Below are positions 19,650-28,379 of a DNA stretch of 64,000 nt, piece by piece; within the stretch, counting starts at the first letter, position 1, and the number at the start of each line of letters is the position of its first letter. This DNA is from Candidatus Multivoradales bacterium (lineage in GTDB: Bacteria; Acidobacteriota; Thermoanaerobaculia; Multivoradales; JAHEKO01). A program made the position numbers and the translations under genes. Where the stretch lies: positions 128,001-192,000 of the forward strand of contig CBDCVR010000013.1 of the NCBI GenBank assembly GCA_965223155.1, in the 5' to 3' direction. The notes below the pieces were generated by a model, which worked only from the letters and a program-made list of their open reading frames with translations, did no database searches and was not told the origin of the DNA.

Positions 19650-20618
19650 ATGATCGTAGACTCTCTTCGCGAAGCGTATCTGAGGTTGGTGGCGAAGGTC
19701 CGCTGTCGTGGCGATAATGATCTCGAATCTGGTCGGCGGTCGCTGAGCTTTGAAACGGTCGACCTCGACCCTCGTCTAGCTGACTGCGGCCCATCCGACA
19801 CGATCCTGATGTCGCGCGCTCTGACCGATCTCATGCAGAGCTCTCGTGTTTCTTCGGACCTGCGGCTTGAGGCTGGACAGCTCGTTGCCGATATCGGTGT
19901 TCTCCCAGTTGACCTGGACGCCTGGGTCGCGATTCCGGACGACTTGCTCGACTATCCATTCAAGATCGGGAAGTACCCGGTCACCAATTCCCAGTACCAG
20001 CGCTTTGTTCATGACGGCGGGTATGAGCGTGACGCCGGTTGGTTCGGCGAAAAGGCGCAGCGCGAGATCCTCGAGTTTGAGCAGAATTTCGCGAAGGGTG
20101 AGTGGCCAAACGGCGGCCCCCAGTATGGCGAAGCTTCACATCTCAGTCGTCTGACTCTGCCAGTGACACGCGTCAGCTGGTATGAAGCCCAGGCATACGC
20201 CTCGTGGCTTACCGCGCTGCTTCGACGAGACAGTGCAATCAGCGTGGAAGAGACCGTACGGCTGCCCAGAGTCGCTGAATGGCAACGGGCCACTGCCGGT
20301 GTCGACGGTCGCGAGTATCCCTGGGAAGGCGAGTTTGATGTGGGTCGCGCAAACACCCGAGAAAGCCGACTGGGCCAGCCGTCGCCAGTTCACATGTACC
20401 CGATGGGGGCGACGCCTGAAGGCGTGTTCGATCTCGCTGGCAACGTTTGGGAGTGGATGGCTGACAAGGAACACGAGGGTGGCTTCGCACTCGCGGGGGG
20501 CGCCTACTGGAATGACTTTGCCGCAGTTGGTGCGAACGCGCGGCGCCGGAACGACGGGTACTTCAGGCCCGGCGACGTCGGTTTTCGTATGGTGGTCGTA
20601 CCCACCTCTCGTCCTTGA
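19650..20618 (+). CDS. FGE-sulfatase (SUMF1/C-type-lectin fold) domain protein
   Basis: IGKYPVTNSQY, PVTRVSWYEA, RLP..AEW, YPW, DLAGNVWEW, VGFR. Confidence 0.88.
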   Translation: MIVDSLREAYLRLVAKVRCRGDNDLESGRRSLSFETVDLDPRLADCGPSDTILMSRALTDLMQSSRVSSDLRLEAGQLVADIGVLPVDLDAWVAIPDDLLDYPFKIGKYPVTNSQYQRFVHDGGYERDAGWFGEKAQREILEFEQNFAKGEWPNGGPQYGEASHLSRLTLPVTRVSWYEAQAYASWLTALLRRDSAISVEETVRLPRVAEWQRATAGVDGREYPWEGEFDVGRANTRESRLGQPSPVHMYPMGATPEGVFDLAGNVWEWMADKEHEGGFALAGGAYWNDFAAVGANARRRNDGYFRPGDVGFRMVVVPTSRP

Positions 20619-20816
20619 CTCTTGTCGCCGTCCTGTCCTCAAAGCAGGGGTGCAGGAGCTGGGAGATCGATCGCTGCAACACCCGCACGGTTTAGGGAGA
20701 CCTCAGGACCGCGTCGAGACAAGGGGGGTGTGTAAGGACTTCTTCTGATTGGTCTCAAAGGGCTGTTAGGACGGCCCCAGGCGGTTTCCAAAGCTCACGG
20801 TCACCCTCTCAATCGC

Positions 20817-21692
20817 CTATTCCTCTTCGGTCAGGTGCGCCCCGGAGCCTAGAGCACCCTCAACGATTTCGCTGGCTTGCTCGTGAGACGCAAGGACGTC
20901 TTGAATCGCCAACCGGGCGTACGCTGTGAACTCACCCTCTCCCGCTGCGAGTGCTTCCAGATGTTCCCTCTTCTCTTCCTGGACTTCTTTCGAGCAGATA
21001 TCGAAAGTCGCAAGAAACTCACGAGTGAAAGTCTTCACTTCCTCGTACCGCTTTTTGCGGCGGGTCGCCAGTCCCTCCTCATCAAGGCCCAGTAGGCGCC
21101 GTGTAACTCTTCCGGCAGGCGTCTTGTAGCCGAGCACCCCGGTCCTATGAAACGCGAAGTGTTCTTCAGGGTAAGCGTGAACTGGGTTCACCAGTAGAGG
21201 CACCTCGCGGCCCTCTTCTACTGGGGACCAAGCCCGCAGATCTTCATTCTCAATAGGAAAAGCTTCCCACTTGCCAACGACCCGCCCCTCTGTGAACTGC
21301 CCGCTCGCCGTGTTGCAGGCCGTGCAGCTGGGTAGCAGATTCTGCCAGTCGTACGCAAGCCAGTAGTAGCCTGGGTGGTCCTCCTCCCCGGATCCCGTGT
21401 TGCGCCTGATGGGCTTTCGATTCTCGTCAGTGACTCGCTTGCTCGGCCGGTAGTGGTCAACATCACCGTGCTGATTCGCTAGGTCCCGCTCACAGTAGGC
21501 ACACTTCCGCTTGAAGGGGCCCGCCGGGGCCATATAGACAGCAACTTTCTTCTCTTTGTAGAGGTCGCGATTTACGACGACCTCTTCTCCGGCCTCGACA
21601 GCTGCGATGAGCTCATTCGTAGCCGCTTCGCAGCGCTCTCTCCACTCCGCCCAATCGGGGTCTTCTGGTTCGGGAAAGACTATCTTTCTCAT
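20817..21692 (-). CDS. HNH endonuclease, PtuB-like (second pair)
   Basis: KCAYCE, VDHYRP, GYYWLAYDWQNLLPSCTACN; ATGA-coupled to the upstream ATPase. Confidence 0.82.
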   Translation of the reverse strand: MRKIVFPEPEDPDWAEWRERCEAATNELIAAVEAGEEVVVNRDLYKEKKVAVYMAPAGPFKRKCAYCERDLANQHGDVDHYRPSKRVTDENRKPIRRNTGSGEEDHPGYYWLAYDWQNLLPSCTACNTASGQFTEGRVVGKWEAFPIENEDLRAWSPVEEGREVPLLVNPVHAYPEEHFAFHRTGVLGYKTPAGRVTRRLLGLDEEGLATRRKKRYEEVKTFTREFLATFDICSKEVQEEKREHLEALAAGEGEFTAYARLAIQDVLASHEQASEIVEGALGSGAHLTEEE

Positions 21693-23011
21693 TCTTGAAC
21701 CGGGCCACTGAGGATCCTCGTCAGCTGTCGCCGGATTTCAAGTTCCCATGCCGCGCGATCGCGATCATTTGCATGCTGATGCCGCTGCTCGAGAGCCTCT
21801 AGGACCGTCGAACGAATCTCTCTTTCGATGGGCCTCTCTCCTGTTCCCAGGCTGTCCTCAAGTAGCGCAGCCAACTGCTCAAGCTCTCCCTCCTCTTCGG
21901 GTGTGCGCTGCTCCCTGCTCGACAGATCCGCGTAGCGATCAATCCTCATCTTGATTTCGTCGTCGCTACTTGTAGGCAAGCCGAAAAGGAACGAGGTGAG
22001 AACTTCGTCTGCTCGCCTTCTCCGGGGTATCTTCGCCTTGGTCGCGCTGACAGACCGCTCGCCCTCGCGGTGTAGGACCACAAGATTGCACTCACCGTCT
22101 TTCAGGTCGGTAGTCCCGATGACACACATGGGTGCGTGAGTCGTGCCTATGAACTGGACGTTCTTGAACTGCTGGTGCAGCAGACCCACGATTCTTCTCT
22201 GCCAGGCTGGGTGTAGATGCTGCTCGACCTCGTCGATAAACACGATCCCTGAGAAATCAAGACCCGGAGCCTCTCCGAAGTGGAGCATCCCCCAGCCAAG
22301 AAGATCCGCGAGAATCGCGAAGGTCGCTGCGTATCCGTCCCCAGCGGCACCGATCGTCGCCCTCGATCCGAAGTCGCCCTTCACCTTCACCCCATCGTCG
22401 AGCGTAACGGACCCCTCCTCGAGCATCAGGACCTTCTCGATAGCGCAAAGGATCTCACTCTCCTTTGCACCCTTTCTGACCAAGCGTGCCAGAGCGACCT
22501 CGGTACTCCAAAGGGCCGCGTCGTTGCTGAAGAGCGTATACAGTGACTCCGAAGGCCCGTACTTATCGTATGGCTCGGTGCCGATCGTCCCGCGAGCTAC
22601 CCCGTAACCGCAAGTAAAGACCTGGTCCCACGGCACCTTGCTGCTCGGTTCGGAAGGGCCGTGCTCCTCCGGTACCAACTGTTGTAGTGCTTCTCTGCCA
22701 TGCTCGCTGGTGATCTTTATTTGGCTGACGTAGGGTTCACAGGTGCGCTCGTCGATAAGCTCGACTCTGATTGTGCCCTCCTTGGCTCCCTCTCGGAGCA
22801 TGTCGCCTTGAAGCTCGCGTAGTAGACCAGAGGCGCTTGTTTCATCGCAGAGGCTCATGGCCAGTGCCCGCAGGAGAGTCGTCTTGCCGGAGCCGTTGTC
22901 GCCGAGAAGAAGCGTCCACGCGGCAGGCTTGCCTTCCTGCACAAAGTCAAGCTCTAGCTCTTCAAAGCAGCGAATGTTCTGCAGAGTTAGCTTGGTCACT
23001 TTGAGGGGCAT
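21689..23011 (-). CDS. ABC/AAA_21-type ATPase, PtuA-like (second pair)
   Basis: LQNIRCF, GDNGSGKTT, GAAGDGY, FIDEVEQHLHPAWQ, QFIGTTHAP. Confidence 0.88.
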   Translation of the reverse strand: MPLKVTKLTLQNIRCFEELELDFVQEGKPAAWTLLLGDNGSGKTTLLRALAMSLCDETSASGLLRELQGDMLREGAKEGTIRVELIDERTCEPYVSQIKITSEHGREALQQLVPEEHGPSEPSSKVPWDQVFTCGYGVARGTIGTEPYDKYGPSESLYTLFSNDAALWSTEVALARLVRKGAKESEILCAIEKVLMLEEGSVTLDDGVKVKGDFGSRATIGAAGDGYAATFAILADLLGWGMLHFGEAPGLDFSGIVFIDEVEQHLHPAWQRRIVGLLHQQFKNVQFIGTTHAPMCVIGTTDLKDGECNLVVLHREGERSVSATKAKIPRRRRADEVLTSFLFGLPTSSDDEIKMRIDRYADLSSREQRTPEEEGELEQLAALLEDSLGTGERPIEREIRSTVLEALEQRHQHANDRDRAAWELEIRRQLTRILSGPVQE

Positions 23012-23053
23012 TATTGACGCCTAGCTCAATAGGGATTGAGACAGGAGCAGAAC

Positions 23054-23776
23054 CTAGCGTGGTAGTAACGCGCGGACGAGATCCGCCTTGACGACACCGA
23101 ATCGCCCACTGCCCGCCTGAGCCTCGCATGCTGCGCCCCGAACACAAATGACGTCCACGCCCGTCGCCCAGATCTCGCCAACCTCGTCGATGCTGATCGA
23201 GCCTGCGACCCAGGCCTCCTTACCTCGCTCGTGAAGCGCAGCACTAAACGAGCGGAGCTGAGCGACCGAGTAGTAATCAAGAAGCCCTCTTCCGGTCCCT
23301 TTGTCGAACGTGTCGATAAGTAATCCGTCAGCATCTGTCTCAGCTACGAGGCGAGGGCCGTCAACCAAGGGATCAAGGACTTTCGCCAAGTCGTGATCGG
23401 CGAAGACAGCCGGATAGACCTTCTTGTCGAGAAACCATTCGCGGACCGTTCTGACGAGGTTCCGCCCCAGGTAAACAGCGGATTCAATGGGTAGGCCCGC
23501 TAAACCACATTTCACTTGGTCTGCGCCTGCTGTCGCTACCCCCAAGGCTGCTTGGCACGCGGTACTTCTGACCGATTGCTCTTCACCGATATTCGTCGAC
23601 ACCTGCATCGCGCCGAAGCCGGCTTCGTCGAGCGCTTTCCGCACAGCCCGGATGTTGAGTGGGTACGGTGTCCCTAGCGCCGAGGCTGGGAACTCAACGT
23701 CGGCGATGTGCGCGCCACCTTCCGCAGCCTCTACGGCCTCGACCGGTCCACGTACGCTAACCAGGAGACGCTGCAT
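23054..23776 (-). CDS. MfnB-like (4-HFC-P synthase / DUF556) TIM-barrel protein
   Basis: LLVSVRG.VEA..A.EGGA.I.DV, GAD.VKCG, LIDTFDK, AGSI, DVICVRGAAC closely follow the MfnB pattern. Confidence 0.8.
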   Translation of the reverse strand: MQRLLVSVRGPVEAVEAAEGGAHIADVEFPASALGTPYPLNIRAVRKALDEAGFGAMQVSTNIGEEQSVRSTACQAALGVATAGADQVKCGLAGLPIESAVYLGRNLVRTVREWFLDKKVYPAVFADHDLAKVLDPLVDGPRLVAETDADGLLIDTFDKGTGRGLLDYYSVAQLRSFSAALHERGKEAWVAGSISIDEVGEIWATGVDVICVRGAACEAQAGSGRFGVVKADLVRALLPR

Positions 23777-23781
23777 TCGCC

Positions 23782-25176
23782 TCAGTGACCTCGCGCCTCT
23801 TTTCTTGAGTGTTCGACCAACTCGAGAGCCTGACTTGCCTCCTCAGCCTGCTCTCGCCTTGCTGATACGGAGAGTTCCACTTGCGTCATTGGGCGCCTCA
23901 CCGAGTCAGCTGCTACCCGAGCTTTAAGAGCTGCCAGAACGCCCGCTGCTTCCCAGTAGTTCTCGACAAGCCAGAACTGACCAGGCTTCCAATTCAGCAT
24001 CTTCAGGTCGTTTCTCATGACGTTGGTGTTCTCTTTGACGGCTATGACAGCTATCCCCTGCTCAAGTGCCGCCAAGGTCGGCAGTCCAATGCAGCCATCG
24101 GGAATCACTAGCGCCGAAACATCGGAAGCGGTCAGAACGCCGGGGCCGAGTAGATCCTCGGATCTGGTGACCACCCGCGGCGCCTGGTGCAGTCCTTTGA
24201 GGACGCACTGGAAGAAGCTCAGGGACACTGCCTCAGCAGCCATCCGAGGATCGACGATACCGGGGTCCATGTTCGCTACCGCCTGCGATTCGAACATCGG
24301 CGAGTGCGCCGACGCCACATCGAATAGGCACGACACTGCGTGAGTCAGCATTGCTTCCACGCCGCCCCAGGGGTTAACCATCTCGCCGCCCCTCTCGAAG
24401 TACTCCATGTGATACTTCGCCGGGACGTCGATAACCGAGGAAATTGCTACCGCGTCGTAGCTTCCTCGAGTCTCGGCCAAGAGACGACATAGTCGTTCAA
24501 GCCCCTCAACTCTGCCTCCAGCCCTGCCCGAGTCCGCATACCTAGCCCGCATCTTGATGGGAGGGTCAAGCTGGACTATCTCGGGACAAGCCAGCCCGTA
24601 GGTTGTTCTCGCAGCGTTGACGGTGTTGACCGCAGCGTTGACGAATAGAGGATCCGAATGTCGGTCGATCACCACGAGCACTTGGTTTGCGCGCCCGGGT
24701 AGCAGTCCAACTGTCCCCATGAGAAGCCGCGAAAGCACGCTCCCTTCGACATACAGCCCGTTCTCAGGCAGCTCATTGACATCGGAAGCATTCACTACAT
24801 TGGGGTGTGTGATTACCAGATCGGACAGCGCTCCCAGCAAGCGAACGACAGGACCAGCATCACCTGCATGGCCGCCAATTTCAGCTCCGATGCCTGTCGG
24901 CACTATCAGGACGGTGTTGAAGCCGCCTGAGCGGCCTGCGGGTGCTCTCTGGACGAACCGGAAGATCGAATCAGGCCGAGGAATCGCCTCGTCGGTGAGC
25001 TCGCTCATGACGCTCACTTCAGCCACCAACTTCGACGAAGTGCTCTCAGTCACCACACACCGAAGGGGCGTCACACCCTCAGGAAGTTGTTGGAGGATGG
25101 ATGCCTCGAGCTGCGCCAAGAGACTCCTCGAGCTCATCTCGGCGGCAAGGTCGATTCTGTACTCAGACAAGAACAT
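23782..25176 (-). CDS. DUF3326 family protein with N-terminal extension
   Basis: LIVPTGIGAEIGGHAGDA, ITHPNVVNA, YVEG, NPWGGVEAMLTH, AHSP, VDPRMAAEA, NYWEAAGVL. Confidence 0.8.
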   Translation of the reverse strand: MFLSEYRIDLAAEMSSRSLLAQLEASILQQLPEGVTPLRCVVTESTSSKLVAEVSVMSELTDEAIPRPDSIFRFVQRAPAGRSGGFNTVLIVPTGIGAEIGGHAGDAGPVVRLLGALSDLVITHPNVVNASDVNELPENGLYVEGSVLSRLLMGTVGLLPGRANQVLVVIDRHSDPLFVNAAVNTVNAARTTYGLACPEIVQLDPPIKMRARYADSGRAGGRVEGLERLCRLLAETRGSYDAVAISSVIDVPAKYHMEYFERGGEMVNPWGGVEAMLTHAVSCLFDVASAHSPMFESQAVANMDPGIVDPRMAAEAVSLSFFQCVLKGLHQAPRVVTRSEDLLGPGVLTASDVSALVIPDGCIGLPTLAALEQGIAVIAVKENTNVMRNDLKMLNWKPGQFWLVENYWEAAGVLAALKARVAADSVRRPMTQVELSVSARREQAEEASQALELVEHSRKEARGH

Positions 25177-26335
25177 GCTGTGCTCCGTTTCTCGCGGTGT
25201 AGTCGTCGAACGAGAAGCTCTTGAGCTGCGTCATGACGCCACCCTGCGAAACCCAGTAGATGTGAGGGAGGTTCACGCCATTGAAGTAGCTCGCCTTCAC
25301 CAACGAGTAGGCTCCGGCTCCGGTAAAGGCGAGCCTCGAGCCCACGCGTAAGGGCTCGCTGAACGAGTAGGTACCGAACACATCTCCAGCCAGGCACGTG
25401 CAGCCCGCCAGCAAGTACTCGAAGCCCTCCCCATCACTTTCCCCGAGCAGATCGGGCTGGAACTGGTACTCGAACACCTCCGGCCAATGGTTGACTGACG
25501 TGTCAAGGACGGCGATTTCGACGCCATCGCGCCGGAAACGGTCCACAACCTCCGCCACGAGGACGCCGGCCTCTTGAACGACACCCGCTCCCGGCTCAAA
25601 GAAGACCTCGCAGCGCCCTCGATTTCTGAGCAGATCTACGGCGAGGATTAGGTCCTCAACATCACTGGCCTCGGCAAAGAGATAGCCCCCGCCGATGTTC
25701 GCCCAGCGGACACGGGCCAGGAGCTGTGGAATCCGCTCGAGTAGGCGTCTGACTGTCTGGAGGACGCCTGCAAAGCTACGGGCTTCGCAGTTCGTATGAA
25801 AGTGAATCCCTTCGATCTCCGACAGGATGGAGTCGCCGTTCGCGAGCGCTTCGCGAATCTGCCCGAGCGGAACACCTAGCTTAGAGTGTTTCCCGCTCGG
25901 GTCGTATCGGCGATCCTTGACCAGCGATAGACCGGGATTCAGTCGCAGACCGCAGCTCGCCCTACCCAAGCTGTAAGGCAGGAGGCGCCTAGCCTGCTCA
26001 AGAGAATTGAACGACACAGCACCGCACAATGTCGCGAGCTCGTCAATCGCGGTTCGAGCGATCAAAGGACTGGTCAAGTGGACCGTTTGATCCCGGCGCG
26101 CGACCATCTTGCAAAGCTGAACCTCGAAGAGCGAGCTCGCTGAGAATCCGACCACGGCTGGGGCAATAGACTCCAGCAGCCGGCAATGGCTCGCGGCTTT
26201 CAAGCTGTAGAGACTGCTGAGACCCGCTCTCCCTGCAAGCATTGTCAGAGTGTCGAGGCTCTTTCGGATCGTGCCCTCGTCAAACACGTACGCCGGCGTT
26301 GTGATCCTCTCGAGGACAGATTGTGCGAAAGACAT
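25163..26335 (-). CDS. Carboxynorspermidine decarboxylase (NspC)-like PLP-dependent decarboxylase
   Basis: TPAYVFDE, YSLKA (PLP Lys), ASSLFE, YDP...SKLG, HFHTNCE, NIGGG, EPG, TCLAGD, YSLVKASYFNG; ATG overlaps the HNH stop (TGATG). Confidence 0.82.
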   Translation of the reverse strand: MSFAQSVLERITTPAYVFDEGTIRKSLDTLTMLAGRAGLSSLYSLKAASHCRLLESIAPAVVGFSASSLFEVQLCKMVARRDQTVHLTSPLIARTAIDELATLCGAVSFNSLEQARRLLPYSLGRASCGLRLNPGLSLVKDRRYDPSGKHSKLGVPLGQIREALANGDSILSEIEGIHFHTNCEARSFAGVLQTVRRLLERIPQLLARVRWANIGGGYLFAEASDVEDLILAVDLLRNRGRCEVFFEPGAGVVQEAGVLVAEVVDRFRRDGVEIAVLDTSVNHWPEVFEYQFQPDLLGESDGEGFEYLLAGCTCLAGDVFGTYSFSEPLRVGSRLAFTGAGAYSLVKASYFNGVNLPHIYWVSQGGVMTQLKSFSFDDYTARNGAQHVLV

Positions 26336-26997
26336 CAGGTGGGCCACTCGTCGAGAATGAACTCAACCATCGAGCCGAACTGCCCCCTCGTCTTCTTCCT
26401 CAGTTCAGCCTCAAGGACCCCGACGGCAGGGTGCACCTGCGCTGCCTTCTTCTTCTGACGAATGGCAAGTACCGTTCCCAGGGTGTCGAGAAAGACCCTC
26501 CCGCGCGCTTGCATCAAGTCGTCTCGATTGAGGTCTGGGTGCTCTACGGTTGTCCTGCCACGCTCGCTCTCGGGCCATCGGAGGACGCCCAAATCAGTAG
26601 GCACATAGCTAAGATGCTCGCTTGGATCGTCGGCACAAGAGCAGAGGATTGGGCGCGACTCGCTCCACTTCTTTCCCTTCTTGGTGTTACACCTTGGGCA
26701 TGCCAAGTGAAGGTTGTCCCAGTCGAACACTCGATCTGGAAAGAGCCTCTTGGGCCGCCTGTGCTCGATATTCTCGGTGGCCACAGGCCTAACTCGAGCC
26801 TCGCAGTAGCAACAGAGGCCGTTGAACATCGCCCCTAGCTCGTCGCGGACGTCTTCCTTGTCGTAGCGCGAGTAAAGCGTCTTTAGCCTGCTGCGGTCGG
26901 GACTGCCTTTGGCAAGCTCTTGCTGTAGCTCCCGGGCCCACTTGGAGGCATTACGCCGAAGCGACGCCGGCTTGGGACCACGTTTGACCCGCCTCAG
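26335..26997 (-). CDS. HNH endonuclease, PtuB/retron-HNH-like (first pair); probable CTG start
   Basis: Frame stays open upstream of ATG 26829, giving (M)RRVKRGPKP...LGAMFNGLCCYCE, IEHRRPK, FDWDNLHLACPRCNTKK; CTG overlaps the ATPase TGA and follows GAGGAGG. Confidence 0.82.
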   Translation of the reverse strand: MRRVKRGPKPASLRRNASKWARELQQELAKGSPDRSRLKTLYSRYDKEDVRDELGAMFNGLCCYCEARVRPVATENIEHRRPKRLFPDRVFDWDNLHLACPRCNTKKGKKWSESRPILCSCADDPSEHLSYVPTDLGVLRWPESERGRTTVEHPDLNRDDLMQARGRVFLDTLGTVLAIRQKKKAAQVHPAVGVLEAELRKKTRGQFGSMVEFILDEWPT

Positions 26998-28271
26998 TTC
27001 TGCCCCTCCTCTTCCGAGATTCCCTCAAGCGCCTGCCGAATGTTGGCCAGTTCGGTCGTGAGGAGGAGCGGGTCGCTCGGGGGCAGCTTCTCTAACTCCT
27101 GCCGTAAGGCCCGGAGTTCAGTGAGGTCCTGCTTGGAGGCCTTACCGAGGAGACGCTTCTTGTCTAGCGCGCTGAACCTATCGAGCACCTGGCGCCGAAA
27201 CTCCTCTGCTCTCGAGGAGGCCACACCCATCAAGCGGTAGACGTCTTCAGCGAGCCACCCGAAGGGCTCTTCGACGTGATCCTCGTCGTTGACCCAACGG
27301 TGGACCTGAATGTCGTCGCAACCGGAAGCCACCAAGGGCGAGTGGCTCGTCGCAAGGAACTGCACGCGCGGAAAGCTCTCCGTCAGCAGGTGCATGATGT
27401 TGCGCTGCCAGCGCGGGTGGAGATGCTGCTCGATTTCGTCCAACAGGACGATCCCGCTGATATCACCGCCTGGGTCGTACCCTTGGCGGTCTCCGTTCTC
27501 TTGTTCTCTCTTGACGAACCACCATCCGATCAGATCGAGCACCCAGGTCAGCGTGGCGCGGTAGCCATCACCAAGAGAGCTCAACTCGGTCTCCCCCCAA
27601 TCACCCTTGACCTTGACTCCGGTCGGCGTCAGGACTACCCGATCCTTTCGTCGAAGCTGCAGTAGCAGACCCAGGAGAGTCTTGATCTCGGCGAGAACGT
27701 CGCCCTTGGATCGCTTTCGTCGAGCCTTCCTCTGCTTGTCGATGAGGCGGCGAATGACGAGCTCGGGGTTCTGGAGAGGGGTGTCGTACCGGAATAGTGA
27801 GTAGAGGGCATCTGCCGCGAGGTAGTAGTCGAAGTCCGCCGTTCCCTGCACGCGGATACCGGCTCCGTAGCCACTGACGAAGATGCGATCCCACGGAAAG
27901 TCATCCTGCTCTACTTCGAACTCTCTTCGCCCGTGAACCCTCCAGAGCTTCTGCTCCACGCGCTCAAAAGCCTCTAGTGCGTGGATTTCCGTCTGCACCC
28001 GGTAACCCCAGCCGTCCTTCGAGCCCAGATCGACCGTAATTACACCCATGAAGTCAGCGCCTCGCCGGACGAACTCTCCCGGCAGCTCGCGAAATAGCGC
28101 TGACGCACTCGACTGGTCGCACAAGCCCATCGCCAGGCTTCTTAGCACCGTCGACTTGCCCGAGTTGTTGTCGCCGATCAGGAGTGCGGACGCTCCGCCA
28201 CGCCCGAAGCTAATCTCCAGGTCTTCGAAGCATCGGATGTTCTGCAGCCGTATCCGTTTGACGTACAACAT
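26994..28271 (-). CDS. ABC/AAA_21-type ATPase, PtuA-like (first pair)
   Basis: MLYVKRIRLQNIRCF, GDNNSGKST, LSSLGDGY, LLDEIEQHLHPRWQ, QFLATSHSP. Confidence 0.88.
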   Translation of the reverse strand: MLYVKRIRLQNIRCFEDLEISFGRGGASALLIGDNNSGKSTVLRSLAMGLCDQSSASALFRELPGEFVRRGADFMGVITVDLGSKDGWGYRVQTEIHALEAFERVEQKLWRVHGRREFEVEQDDFPWDRIFVSGYGAGIRVQGTADFDYYLAADALYSLFRYDTPLQNPELVIRRLIDKQRKARRKRSKGDVLAEIKTLLGLLLQLRRKDRVVLTPTGVKVKGDWGETELSSLGDGYRATLTWVLDLIGWWFVKREQENGDRQGYDPGGDISGIVLLDEIEQHLHPRWQRNIMHLLTESFPRVQFLATSHSPLVASGCDDIQVHRWVNDEDHVEEPFGWLAEDVYRLMGVASSRAEEFRRQVLDRFSALDKKRLLGKASKQDLTELRALRQELEKLPPSDPLLLTTELANIRQALEGISEEEGQN

Positions 28272-28379
28272 ACACACTCTCCCAGAGCCCTCAAAACTCG
28301 GCACAGGAAGACCTCGATCTTACCGCGATCCGCGGACACCGCAGCAGACCTGGGACACTATTCGTCTGCGGTCTGCTGT

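Noticed and set aside
20480-20618. DGR variable region at the FGE C-terminus
   Set aside because: No template repeat or RT in the window.
20722-20746. GGGGGGTGTGTAAGGACTT resembling an IS end
   Set aside because: No partner inverted repeat or transposase nearby.
23054-23776. Methanofuran biosynthesis cluster
   Set aside because: No other mfn genes are present and the catalytic Lys motif is altered.
20817-28271. Retron (type I-A) interpretation of the ATPase-HNH pairs
   Set aside because: No reverse transcriptase ORF and no msr/msd-like region recognised in the element.
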